From: Candidatus Sulfomarinibacteraceae bacterium | GTDB taxonomy: Bacteria; Acidobacteriota; Thermoanaerobaculia; Thermoanaerobaculales; Sulfomarinibacteraceae | Direction of reading: 5' to 3' | Assembly (NCBI GenBank): GCA_963796455.1 | Contig: CAWCLO010000004.1 | Location: 960,001 to 1,024,000 of the forward strand | DNA length: 64,000 nucleotides | Part shown: one piece after another, positions 46,908 to 56,450 of the stretch | Numbering within the stretch: the first letter of the stretch is position 1 | Layout: every line of letters begins with the position of its first letter | Notes under the pieces: model-generated | What the model was told of the DNA's origin: nothing | Database searches by the model: none | What the model saw: only the letters and a program-made list of their open reading frames with translations | Translations under genes and position numbers: made by a program

Positions 46908-47627
46908 ATGACGATGAGGCCGATGATGACAATTCGCTGGCATGTATCGCTGGTGGCGGCCGCCATCTGGTGCGGTGGCGCACTGTATGCGGCTGGTCCG
47001 ACGCCGACACCTACCCCGACGCCCCGCCCCTCAGGCGGCCAGTCGCTGAACGAAGTAGCCAAGGACAAGCAGCTTAAAGGTACTGGCAAAGGAACGTCGA
47101 TCGTCATTACCAACGAGAATCTCTCTGAATATGCCGACAAAGGCGGTTTGACCACCGCCAAAGAAAAAGAAGCGGGCAAGGGTTCCCGCCGGCCGGTCCG
47201 GGGAGACGCAACCGACTCCAGTGTGACCGTTCTCGGACCCACCGATCCCCTCCACATGGACGAGCGCCAGAGATATTGGGTGGGGCAGTACCAGAACCAA
47301 ATCAACATGGTGACCTCCGTTAAACGACAGATTGCGGTTCTCGATGCCGAAATCCCCGGGCTTTGGAACGACTTCTTCGCTCGCGATGACCCCGCCTATC
47401 GAGATGGAGTGATCAAACCAAAGCTCGATGCGTCCATCAAACGGCGGGAGAGGCTGGTGGAACAGTTGGCGACGGCCGAACCGAGGCTGCAGGAGATCAA
47501 GGAGCAGGCACGGCGCGATGGTGCCCAACCGGGATGGTTCCGCGGTATCACCGTACCTGACGAGATCCCGCCGACGCCGACTCCGGAAACCAAAGCAGTC
47601 GAGAAAGACACTTATGTAATTAAGTAG
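46908..47627 (+). CDS. Secreted hypothetical protein with Pro/Thr linkers and coiled coil
   Basis: Signal-peptide-like N-terminus, PTPTPTP, VITNENL, ARRDGAQPGWFR. Confidence 0.7.
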   Translation: MTMRPMMTIRWHVSLVAAAIWCGGALYAAGPTPTPTPTPRPSGGQSLNEVAKDKQLKGTGKGTSIVITNENLSEYADKGGLTTAKEKEAGKGSRRPVRGDATDSSVTVLGPTDPLHMDERQRYWVGQYQNQINMVTSVKRQIAVLDAEIPGLWNDFFARDDPAYRDGVIKPKLDASIKRRERLVEQLATAEPRLQEIKEQARRDGAQPGWFRGITVPDEIPPTPTPETKAVEKDTYVIK

Positions 47628-47748
47628 ATTCTGAGAATCTGCTCAAACTCGATCGTTCTGAGTCGCACTCATCTCGCAAACAGTGAATTCACGCCTTGCA
47701 GCAAGAGCCGACCGAGGATACACTTCCGGCGTTGGACGGAAACTGCGA

Positions 47749-49098
47749 ATGAGATCCTTTTTCATTGAAACCTGGGGCTGCCAGATGAATCTGCACGACA
47801 GCGAGCTGATCGAAGGGCAGCTGCGTGAACACGGAATGTCTCCAGCCGAAAATGCCGCCGCTGCCGATCTGGTCATCCTCAACACCTGTTCAGTTCGGGA
47901 GCGCCCGGTCCACAAGATCGTCAGCCGCATCGGCGCGCTTGAAAAAACCAAGTCGCCGCCGCTGATCGGTGTCTGTGGCTGCGTCGCGCAACAAGAGGGC
48001 GCTTCGCTCCTGAAGAGATCCAAAACAGTGGGTTTTGTTCTCGGTCCCGGCCAGATCGCCCGGGTAGGGGAGGCGCTCCGCGCGATCGAGCAGGGTGGCC
48101 GTCCGGTTCTGACCGGTTTTGATGCCGAGCCGCGAACACAACTTCCAGACGATTTTTCGCAAAAGCTCGACCCGGGGAATGGTTACCGTGGTTGAGGGCT
48201 GCAACGAGTTTTGCACCTTCTGCATCGTTCCTTATACGCGTGGGCGAGAGGTCAGCAGGACCCTCGAAGACGTGATCACCGAAGTCAGGCACCTAGCCGG
48301 GGACGGGTTGAAGGAGATCGAGCTCCTCGGCCAGACGATCAATGCCTACCGGTGCCCCGAGACGAATGCTCCTTTTGCCGATCTTCTCGAGGCCGTGGCG
48401 GCGATCGACGGCATCGAACGAGTCCGCTATATCACCTCCCATCCGCGTCATTTTGATGATCGTTTGATCGAAGTGCTCGCAGACAATCCGAAGGTCTCCC
48501 GCTATCTTCATCTGCCGTTCCAGGCCGGATCGAACCGCATCCTGGAGCGCATGCACCGCCGTTACACCCGGGAAGAGTTCTCGGAGCTCATCGGGAAAAT
48601 CCGAGCGAGTATTCCGGACATCAATATTTCGACCGATGTCATCGTCGGTTTCCCCGGCGAGACCGAAGAAGAGTTTCAGGAGTCTCTCGACCTGCTCGAA
48701 TCTCTCGAATTCGGCCAGGTCTTTGCATTTGCTTATTCGCCCAGGCCGCGGACCCCTGCCGCCAAATACGACGATCCGGTTCCGGAGACTGTCATGAAGA
48801 ACCGTCTCCACCGCCTCTTCGAATTGACCGATCGAATTTCCCGCCGGCTCAACCAGGCGATCGTCGGCACGAAGTCCGGGTACTGATCGATGGCGACAGC
48901 CGAATGTCCCCCGATGATTGGCAGGGCCGGGGCGAGGACAACAGGGTTGTCAATTTTGCCAAGACGGGACGTGAAGCGATCGGCGACGTCGTGGATGTCC
49001 GCATTACCCGCGCGGGAGCCCACTCACTGTTTGGTGAGAGTCTGCGAAAAACCGACCGTCTGCCGGTGCTTCAGACACGATCGGTTGGAGCCGCTTGA
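47749..49098 (+). CDS. miaB: tRNA-2-methylthio-N6-dimethylallyladenosine synthase (two apparent frameshifts, ~48130 and ~48875)
   Basis: TWGCQMN..DSE, NTCSVRE, GCVAQQEG; then VEGCNEFCTFCIVPYTRGRE, YSPRP.TPAA; TRAM domain in a third frame. Confidence 0.88.
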
Positions 49099-49130
49099 CA
49101 TCAGCCATCGGTTCTCGCCACAGTGGAGAG

Positions 49131-49629
49131 GTGAGCAGTCACCCTGACCCAAGTGAAGCCGTCAAAATGACCGTTCGTGGATTGGTAATGGATCCGACGT
49201 CCAACAGTCCGGTGGTCATCCTGCAAAACTCTGACGGCACGGCGTTTCTGCCCATTTGGATCGGTGTCTGCGAAGCGAACTCCATAGCCCTGGTTCTTGA
49301 AGGGGTGGAAAGCCCGCGACCGATGACCCACGATCTGGTCCATAATCTCCTGGACACCGCGGGGTGCGCGGTGGAGCACATTTTTATTCATTCCCTGGAC
49401 GACAGTATCTTTATTGCGTCGATTCAGCTCCGTGATGCCGACCTTCGACCCATCAGGTGGATTCTCGCCCCTCGGACGCCATTGCCCTGGCCTTGCGGAC
49501 CGGGGCGGATGTGCTCGTCGATTCTTCAGTTTTGGAGAGGCCGTCCTGAGCGAAACCGATATCGAGGACACCATCCGCACCATCCTCGAACGAATGCGGC
49601 CCGAAGACATGGGCGAATACGAGATGTGA
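49131..49629 (+). CDS. Bifunctional nuclease (DUF151) family protein (two apparent frameshifts, ~49452 and ~49540)
   Basis: LPIWIG..EA.SI, PRPMTHDL; VDSRPSDAIALALR in a shifted frame; LERMRPEDMGEYEM C-terminus. Confidence 0.82.
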
Positions 49630-49656
49630 CCGGGATCGCAAGGTCGTTCGGCCGCG

Positions 49657-49686
49657 TTGACACCTGATTCGTTGCCCTCCTATGAT
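49657..49686 (+). promoter_or_regulatory. Putative sigma-70 promoter for the parA/parB-like pair
   Basis: TTGACA-N18-TATGAT, ~45 bp upstream of the parA start. Confidence 0.6.
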
Positions 49687-49730
49687 GACCCAACGCAACC
49701 CGTTGCAGCGGAACGGAGCACGGAGAACCC

Positions 49731-50492
49731 ATGATCATCGCCATCACCAATCAAAAGGGCGGCGTCGGAAAGACGACCACCGCCATCAATCTTGCGGCCG
49801 GCCTGGCCCTCAAAGGGCCTCCAGACCCTGCTGATCGATCTCGACCCGCAGGCCAACTCGACCATGTCGAACACCGATCTCGACACCATCGATGGCAATA
49901 TGTTCGATGTGCTGCGGGGCGAAAAGTCTCGGCCGAGGTCATCATCCCCGGAGCCCACGAGAATCTCTGGGTCGCGCCGTCACGAATTGCCATGGCGAAG
50001 CTCGAGGTCAACATGGTTGGAGAACTCGACGCGCCATACGAGCTCAAAGATGCGATCGAGACCCTCGAAATCCACTTCGACGCGGTTATCATCGACACCG
50101 CGCCGACCCTCGGTCTCCTCACGGTGAATGCACTCGTCGCCGCCACTCACGTTCTGATTCCGATTCAGGCGTCCTATTTTGCACTCGAGGGAACCGATGA
50201 CCTGTTGGAGACCATCGACAAGATCAAGGCCCGACCAAACACCCAACTCCAGATGCTCGGGGTTTTGATCACCATGTTCGATCGCCGAACCATTCTCGCT
50301 CGGGAGGTCAAGGCGGAAATCGAAGAAGTGTTTGGCGACATCGTTTTTGGGACCTTCATCACAAAATCCGTTCGACTCGAAGAATCACCGGCTCATCGGT
50401 CAAGCATCTTCGACCACGCGCCGTCTTCGAGCGGCGCCTATGAATATTACCGGCTCTGCGAGGAGGTTCTGCAACGTGTCGGCTCCGAATAA
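49731..50492 (+). CDS. parA: ParA/Soj-family ATPase (two compensating apparent frameshifts, ~49818 and ~49925)
   Basis: NQKGGVGKTTTAINL; LLIDLDPQAN in a shifted frame; IDTAPTLGLLTVNAL, TMFDRRT, SVRLEESP. Confidence 0.85.
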   Translation: MIIAITNQKGGVGKTTTAINLAAGLALKGPPDPADRSRPAGQLDHVEHRSRHHRWQYVRCAAGRKVSAEVIIPGAHENLWVAPSRIAMAKLEVNMVGELDAPYELKDAIETLEIHFDAVIIDTAPTLGLLTVNALVAATHVLIPIQASYFALEGTDDLLETIDKIKARPNTQLQMLGVLITMFDRRTILAREVKAEIEEVFGDIVFGTFITKSVRLEESPAHRSSIFDHAPSSSGAYEYYRLCEEVLQRVGSE

Positions 50493-51397
50493 ACCGAAGG
50501 CGGGCCTCCCGGCCCACCGAAAAATGCGCCACGATCGCCATTTCGTTGACGAGTTGACGCAGAGAATGGGGGAGGGGATCGGTCGGATGGTCCGGATCAC
50601 CGCGATCACAAGCAACCAGGATCAACCCCGTTCCAATCTCGGCGACCTCGACGATCTCAAGATCTCCGATCGACGCTCACGGCGTGCTCGAGCCTCTGCT
50701 CGTCCGTCCGCTCGAAGGCGGGAACTACGAACTCGTGTCCGGTGAACGCCGATTTCACGCCGCCATGGCCGCTCGGATCTGACCGAGGTCCCGTGCATCG
50801 AGCTGACCGTCACCGACCAACAGGCTCTCGAGATCGCACTGATCGAAAACCTCCAGCGAAAGGACTTGACCGCTTTCGAGGAGGCGGACGGGTATCGAAC
50901 GCTGATCAACAAATACCATTACACCCATGCTCAGGTGGGCGAGGCCGTCGGTAGATCCCGGGTGACCGTCAGCGAAATGTCTCCGATTGCTCGAGATGCC
51001 CGAGGAGATTCGCGATCAATGTCGGCATGCCGACATCACCGCCAAAGGCATGCTTCTGGAGATCGCCAGCGTTGACGATCCAGCTGAGATGGAACGCCTC
51101 ATCCAGGAAATCGTCGAGGATCGTCTCGATCGTGCCGGTCTTCGGCGGCGTCGGGCCGATATGGAGCACGAGGCCGGTCAAGACGATCCCGTCGACAAAA
51201 ATGCGGCACCGGTGCAGCGACCGTTTCGTTTCCAATTTCGAAATCCCGACCGGAACGTTTCCATATCGCTTTCATTTCGTACTGATCAAGAGCCCGAGCC
51301 CCGACAGGTGATCGAAGTGCTCAAAGAGATGATCCGTGAAATCGAATCGGGCATCGACCAACAAACGGACGAGAAGGCGAATCCTTCCGGGGAGTGA
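50476..51397 (+). CDS. ParB/Spo0J-family protein (three apparent frameshifts, ~50668, ~50775, ~50979)
   Basis: [26 protein letters not shown] (CTPase arginine patch), [37 protein letters not shown]. Confidence 0.82.
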
Positions 51398-51449
51398 GAA
51401 GCGGCGAAATCTACCTCTCAGGCCGGAAAATGGGGCTTCACCATATTCA

Positions 51450-51477
51450 GGTTTACATAATATATCTTATCGGACAT
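51450..51477 (-). other. dif-like XerCD recombination site
   Basis: Minus strand ATGTCCGATAA-GATATA-TTATGTAAACC: 11-6-11 layout, inner ATAA/TTAT palindrome, XerD-like arm (E. coli TTATGTTAAAT); intergenic. Confidence 0.8.
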
Positions 51478-51495
51478 TGCGTCAGGCTATGAATC

Positions 51496-51532
51496 TGTGG
51501 AAAACTTTCAGCTGTGGAAAAGCTGTGGAAGA
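51496..51532. promoter_or_regulatory. Three co-oriented DnaA-box-like 9-mers
   Basis: TGTGGAAAA (51496), TGTGGAAAA (51513), TGTGGAAGA (51524); consensus TGTGGATAA. Confidence 0.55.
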
Positions 51533-51637
51533 AGTTCTGAACCGTTGTCTTAGCGTGGATGAACGGCGTTTCAGCAATCGGTGTAGAATTCCTTCAATGC
51601 GGCAGCATCACGTCTCACCCCGTCCGAGGCACGCCGG

Positions 51638-54079
51638 ATGAGTCTCTTCCCGGTCGTCGACCGCTTGGTCATCCGCGAGGTCATTCCACCGACCATTCTC
51701 GGATTTATCATCTACACCTTCCTGGTGGTGATGCGCGGCATTTATGGTTTGATCGAACAGGTGCTCGTTCGCGGGGTTTCGGCACTCGACGCCGGCCGCG
51801 TGCTGCTTGCAACCCTTCCCCATATCGTTGTCCTGACAATCCCCATGAGCTTTTTGTTTGGAGTGCTCCTGGCCGTCGGACGAATGAATGCCGACAATGA
51901 ACTTGTGGCCCTGCAGGCTGGCGGTGTCCCGCTGCGGCGGCTCCTTCGCCCGATTCTAGTTCTCGGTTTGTTGTTCACCGCACTCAACGGATACCTCTAT
52001 CTCGAGGTTATTCCGCAATCGGCCCGCCAGCTTCGTGAACTCAAGGTCCGCCTGTTCGCCGGTGCCAGGAATCTCGGTCGCATCGAGCCCAAGGTATTTC
52101 ACGAAGAATTGCCCAACGTCTTGCTGTATCTGCGGGATGTGGACACCGAATCCGGTGAATGGACCCACGTGCTCTTTTACGACAGCAGTAACCCCAATGA
52201 GGAGCGTTTAACGCTGGCTCAGACCGGTCAGATGGTTACGGCCGGGTTGCCGGGGATGGTTGACGCGAACACGACCTCGACGGAATTACCCGAAATCGAG
52301 CAATGGATCAGGCTCAACGATGTGGTCACCCACCAGTTTTTCCGCGACGATCCGGAAACCTATCGAGTAAGCCGGAATCGATCCCAGTTGTTCAGACCGT
52401 CTCTGCAGAGCAGTGGGACCGTTCGATTCCAACTCAGTATGACCGAACGTGCGAGCATCCAGTTGTGGGATTTTGTACGCGGAAAGAGTGATCTACCCCT
52501 CGAAGAAGGTGCGGAACCATCTTCGGATGAAGAACTTGCAACAACCCGTCGCCTGGCGGGCGTCGAACTCAACCAGCGACTGGCAATCCCGTTTGCCAGT
52601 GCGGTTTTCGCCCTCCTGGCGTTGCCACTGGGTGTGGGTTCACGGTCGGGTGCCAGGGGACGCGGGTTCGTGGTTTCGGTCGGGGTCGTCCTGGTTTACT
52701 ACCTGATCAGCAACCAGGGAAAGATGTTGGCGATCGAGGGAAAGCTCCCGCCCTGGCTTGGTATCTGGTTGCCAAACATCATCTTGAGTGTGATCGCGGT
52801 TTATTTGATGACCAGAATGGGCCGCTGGCTCGGTGAGCGGGATAGTGGAGGATTCTTCATCTCTCGAGGCATCAAGTGGTTGCGTGATCGACGCAACCGA
52901 CGTGCTCAATCGACCGACTCGGCGGGTCGCCCTCTGACCGGAAGTGTGCCCCTCAACATCCAGCGCCGTCGCTATGCAACACGTTTTCCCGCTCTGTTCG
53001 ACCGCTATGTTGTCCGGCGGTTGATCCCTCCCCTGCTGCTGGTGCTCGGGAGCACCGTCGCTCTGTATATCTTGATCGATCTCACCGATCGCATCGAAAA
53101 CATGGCGAAAAACAACGTTTCTCCGGATGTGATCCTCGCCTACTACGCCAACCTGGTTCCGCAGGTCTTTCTCGATGTGACGCCCTTTGCGCTGATGATC
53201 TCGGTCCTGATCATGCTTGGTATTCTCGAACGCCAACAGGAGTTGACCGCGCTGAAAGCGGCCGGTATTTCGCTGTTCCGACTCGCGGTACCCATTCTTT
53301 TGTTGGCGGCGGTTTCGGCGGGAGGACTGTGGTTTCTCGGGGACATCGTGGTTCCCAATGCAAATCGTGAGGCGCAACGGTTGCGAGATGTGATCAACGG
53401 CCGGCAGACCACCCGCTCCTATCGTGCCAGCGACCGGCAGTGGCTGATGGCGCGCGACGAGTCGGCGCTTTACAACTTCCTCCGCTTTGACGAACCGACC
53501 ACGACCCTGATCCGCTTTTCGCTCTTCAAGATCGACGAGGACATGAATCTCCGTTTTCACCTTTTCACGCGACGGGCACAGTGGAACGGCGGCTTCTGGG
53601 TCGCCGATTCAGGGTGGTTTCGCCAGATATATCCGGACGGAACCGACGAGTTTCGCCGCATCACCTCACCGATGAGGCTCGATATCTCTGAAAATCCGCA
53701 GTATTTCGGACAGGAGTATCGGATGCCCGGGGAGATGTCCATTGGAGAGTTGGGCGCCTACATCAATGAGCTCAACGAATCCGGCTACAGTCCCTCGAAT
53801 CTGATCGTGCGCTGGCACCAGAAGCTCACCTATCCTCTATCGGCCTTTGTGATGGTCCTGTTGGCGCTCCCGTTTGGTCTCAACAATGGTGGACGCAGGG
53901 TCACCACGATGCAGGGAGTGGCCGTGGCACTGGGTTTGGGAATCGGCTATGTGATTCTGGTGGCACTTTTTGGAAAGCTCGGCGAGGTGAACATCTTGCC
54001 TCCGGTTCTCGGGGCCTGGGCGCCGTTTTTCCTTGCCATCTTGTTTGCGATCAACCGCCTGACCTCGCTGCGTACCTGA
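51638..54079 (+). CDS. Fused LptF-LptG LPS export permease
   Basis: Two tandem LptF/G modules: DRLVIRE...GRMNADNELVALQAGG and FDRYVVR...ELTALKAAGISL. Confidence 0.9.
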   Translation: MSLFPVVDRLVIREVIPPTILGFIIYTFLVVMRGIYGLIEQVLVRGVSALDAGRVLLATLPHIVVLTIPMSFLFGVLLAVGRMNADNELVALQAGGVPLRRLLRPILVLGLLFTALNGYLYLEVIPQSARQLRELKVRLFAGARNLGRIEPKVFHEELPNVLLYLRDVDTESGEWTHVLFYDSSNPNEERLTLAQTGQMVTAGLPGMVDANTTSTELPEIEQWIRLNDVVTHQFFRDDPETYRVSRNRSQLFRPSLQSSGTVRFQLSMTERASIQLWDFVRGKSDLPLEEGAEPSSDEELATTRRLAGVELNQRLAIPFASAVFALLALPLGVGSRSGARGRGFVVSVGVVLVYYLISNQGKMLAIEGKLPPWLGIWLPNIILSVIAVYLMTRMGRWLGERDSGGFFISRGIKWLRDRRNRRAQSTDSAGRPLTGSVPLNIQRRRYATRFPALFDRYVVRRLIPPLLLVLGSTVALYILIDLTDRIENMAKNNVSPDVILAYYANLVPQVFLDVTPFALMISVLIMLGILERQQELTALKAAGISLFRLAVPILLLAAVSAGGLWFLGDIVVPNANREAQRLRDVINGRQTTRSYRASDRQWLMARDESALYNFLRFDEPTTTLIRFSLFKIDEDMNLRFHLFTRRAQWNGGFWVADSGWFRQIYPDGTDEFRRITSPMRLDISENPQYFGQEYRMPGEMSIGELGAYINELNESGYSPSNLIVRWHQKLTYPLSAFVMVLLALPFGLNNGGRRVTTMQGVAVALGLGIGYVILVALFGKLGEVNILPPVLGAWAPFFLAILFAINRLTSLRT

Positions 54080-54135
54080 GTCGCCGCGCAACTCTTTCAC
54101 CAGCCTGCGATCGATGTCGGCATGCCGACATCAGA

Positions 54136-55233
54136 TCAACGATTCGATGATCCAGCCAATGCATGGAACCGGCGCCGCAATGGGTGCAACTCGGTTTCGC
54201 GCTGCGACGGGTGGTTCCGATTGGTCAACAGGGTGAACACCGATTCCTGGTCCGGATCGATCCACAAAGACACACCGGTAAAACCGGTGTGGCCATAGGC
54301 TCGTTTGCCGAGCGCAGGTCCCGCCGAACATCCGGGAGATCCCGCCAACTGCCAGCCGAGGCTGCGCTCTTGTTCAAGACCAACCGTCCTCGGTGCTGTC
54401 CAGCCCTCGACCTCGCTGCTGCTGAGGACTTTACGGTTGGGACCGATCCACTCCCTGGCAAGGGCAAAAACCCCGCCGATCGACCCAAAGAGCCCGGCGT
54501 TACCGGAGACCCCGCCGAGAAACCGGGCGTTGCCGTCATCGGGAAGACCCGGCCCGGGTGGTGGAATCAGTGCCGGATCACAGCCCATTTCGAGGACCAT
54601 TCGGTGTTCCACCACGGACCGGAGGGCGCCACCGGCCAATCGCGGATCACCCGGATCCGGTCGGTAGCCGATTTCCTCGGCGATCCCCAGAGGACTCGCG
54701 ACCTCGCGGCGAAACAACACATCCAGACTCTGATCGGAAACCCTTTCCAGGATCTTGCCGAGGAGCACAAAGCCGAGACAGGAATACACGACCTGGGCGC
54801 CGGGCGGTGCCACTTGAATCGACCTCAATGCGGAGAACAGCCTTTCCGGATCACCGTTGGCGACACAATAGAGAGGTAACCAAGCCGGTAAGCCCCCGGT
54901 GTGGTTGAGGAGGTTGTGGATCCGGATATCGCCGGCCGTTGTGTCACCGAGCTCCACCAGAATGTCCCCGACCGGGGTATCGAGGCCTATGGCTCCCTGG
55001 CGGACGGCGACAACGCTCAGGGTGGTGATGGCCAGCGGTTTGGTCAGGGAGGCGAGATCAAAAATGGTCCGATGGTCAGCCTCGACCCGATTCGGCTGCA
55101 GCCGAGCGGAACCGACCACGACAGGGTTTGCAGCGAAAGCACGCCTCCCCCACTGTGCGGCGGCGGACGGGGCGAGGCCCGCCCTCAGCGCCCGTTCGCA
55201 CAGCAATCGGATCTGATCCGAGCTCTCAACCAT
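54136..55233 (-). CDS. Beta-lactamase-family serine hydrolase
   Basis: FDLASLTKP (SxxK), [27 protein letters not shown]. Confidence 0.9.
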   Translation of the reverse strand: MVESSDQIRLLCERALRAGLAPSAAAQWGRRAFAANPVVVGSARLQPNRVEADHRTIFDLASLTKPLAITTLSVVAVRQGAIGLDTPVGDILVELGDTTAGDIRIHNLLNHTGGLPAWLPLYCVANGDPERLFSALRSIQVAPPGAQVVYSCLGFVLLGKILERVSDQSLDVLFRREVASPLGIAEEIGYRPDPGDPRLAGGALRSVVEHRMVLEMGCDPALIPPPGPGLPDDGNARFLGGVSGNAGLFGSIGGVFALAREWIGPNRKVLSSSEVEGWTAPRTVGLEQERSLGWQLAGSPGCSAGPALGKRAYGHTGFTGVSLWIDPDQESVFTLLTNRNHPSQRETELHPLRRRFHALAGSSNR

Positions 55234-55624
55234 CGGCGCTGGATCCAGTCTTGACGATCTGCACCGGTCGAAGTTCGTCGTCAACGTTGACGTATGTGAT
55301 CTCGGCAACCGTGACCCGGACTTCCTCGGCACGATCCCAATGGCGGGCGGCGGTCACCTTCACGCCGACCGTTATGGAGGTACGGCCGATCTTGAGCAAA
55401 TTGGTATAAAAGGAGACCAGGTCACCAACGAAGACCGGTTCGTGAAATATGACCTCTTGCATCGCCACCGTCACGACCCGAGTCGCACCGTGACACTGAG
55501 CTTCCTCGGCTCCCGCCTGATCCATATAGGAGAGAATGACCCCACCAAAGATCGTTCCGCCCGGATTGGTGTCGCGGGGCATCATCAACACGCGTGTCTT
55601 TGGTTGCAGTCGGCTGTCTTCCAT
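55226..55624 (-). CDS. Acyl-CoA thioesterase (YciA-like hotdog fold)
   Basis: MPRDTN..GTIFGG.ILSYMD.AG, VVTVA, PVFVGD, GRTSI. Confidence 0.92.
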   Translation of the reverse strand: MEDSRLQPKTRVLMMPRDTNPGGTIFGGVILSYMDQAGAEEAQCHGATRVVTVAMQEVIFHEPVFVGDLVSFYTNLLKIGRTSITVGVKVTAARHWDRAEEVRVTVAEITYVNVDDELRPVQIVKTGSSADG

Positions 55625-55691
55625 GAGAACTCCGTCGGCGCTTGTGGTGTCGAGTCGATCGATGGTCGTCTATCGAGAGGACCTTCTTGAA

Positions 55692-55719
55692 GATACTAGA
55701 TACTGGATCCTCGATGCTG
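55692..55719. repeat. Heptamer tandem repeat (GATRCTG-like)x4
   Basis: gatacta gatactg gatcctc gatgctg. Confidence 0.7.
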
Positions 55720-55865
55720 GTTTCTTGAGAGATCAGATCGTTTCGAACACCCGCAATGAACGGTACGAGATCAATTCAAAGGCGCAATCAATAATTCACA
55801 GATATTTGCAGAAATTGCACTAAGTCGTTTATTGTCAATAATTTAAAGAAAATTTTTGTGAAACT

Positions 55866-56450
55866 TTGACTCCCCCGCCCCGGGCCGTCCATACTCGCGT
55901 CATGAGCTGGCTTCCCGAAATGGCCCACAAATACCCACCTCGGGTCTATCGTCTCGAATATCGGGTTTCGGTCTCGGCGATACCTCTGGACCCCGGACGC
56001 GTGATCGACGAAGTGCTCCACACGAGATCTCTCGAGGGCGAAGGCGGTCTCTCCGGTGGCTGGACGGTTGAGTTTCCCATGGCGACGCGGGTCTACGGTC
56101 TGATACCCCGCGAAATCGACGAGGTGGTCACGCTCCAATTGCATCAGCGGCCGGAAAACTGGGCGCTCGTGCTGGAATGCCATCCGACTGAAATGCACAA
56201 TGCCCATGCCACCGGGCTGGCCGGTGTGCTGGCAGTTGCAGCAGTTGTCTGGTTTGCGGGCGGTCTGGCGGCGGGTTTTCTCGGCGCGCTGACAACCGTC
56301 ATCGCCGGTTCTCTGCTCGTCGAGGTGACCAGGCACTGGGCGATCGAGGCCCAGGAACGGAAGCTCCGGTTGCTTCTCGACGAAATCGGATCGGCGCTCT
56401 GGCCAAAACCCAGCGCTCGGATCACAAGTTCTTTTGAAGTCGTCAGTTGA
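55866..56450 (+). CDS. Hypothetical membrane protein (start uncertain)
   Basis: Fills the gap to scpB, two C-terminal hydrophobic helices; no family recognised. Confidence 0.6.
   Translation: MTPPPRAVHTRVMSWLPEMAHKYPPRVYRLEYRVSVSAIPLDPGRVIDEVLHTRSLEGEGGLSGGWTVEFPMATRVYGLIPREIDEVVTLQLHQRPENWALVLECHPTEMHNAHATGLAGVLAVAAVVWFAGGLAAGFLGALTTVIAGSLLVEVTRHWAIEAQERKLRLLLDEIGSALWPKPSARITSSFEVVS

Noticed and set aside
47749..51397. Calling miaB, DUF151, parA and parB pseudogenes or programmed frameshifts
   Set aside because: Motifs are intact, I saw no slippery heptamers, and the indels cluster regionally, which is most consistent with consensus errors.
51398..51637. oriC interpretation (parAB next to DnaA boxes and an AT-rich stretch)
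   Set aside because: The AT-rich stretch is itself a dif-like 28-mer, only three boxes are present, dnaA/dnaN/mnmG are absent, and gene and octamer polarity converge rather than diverge. GC skew is needed to close the question.
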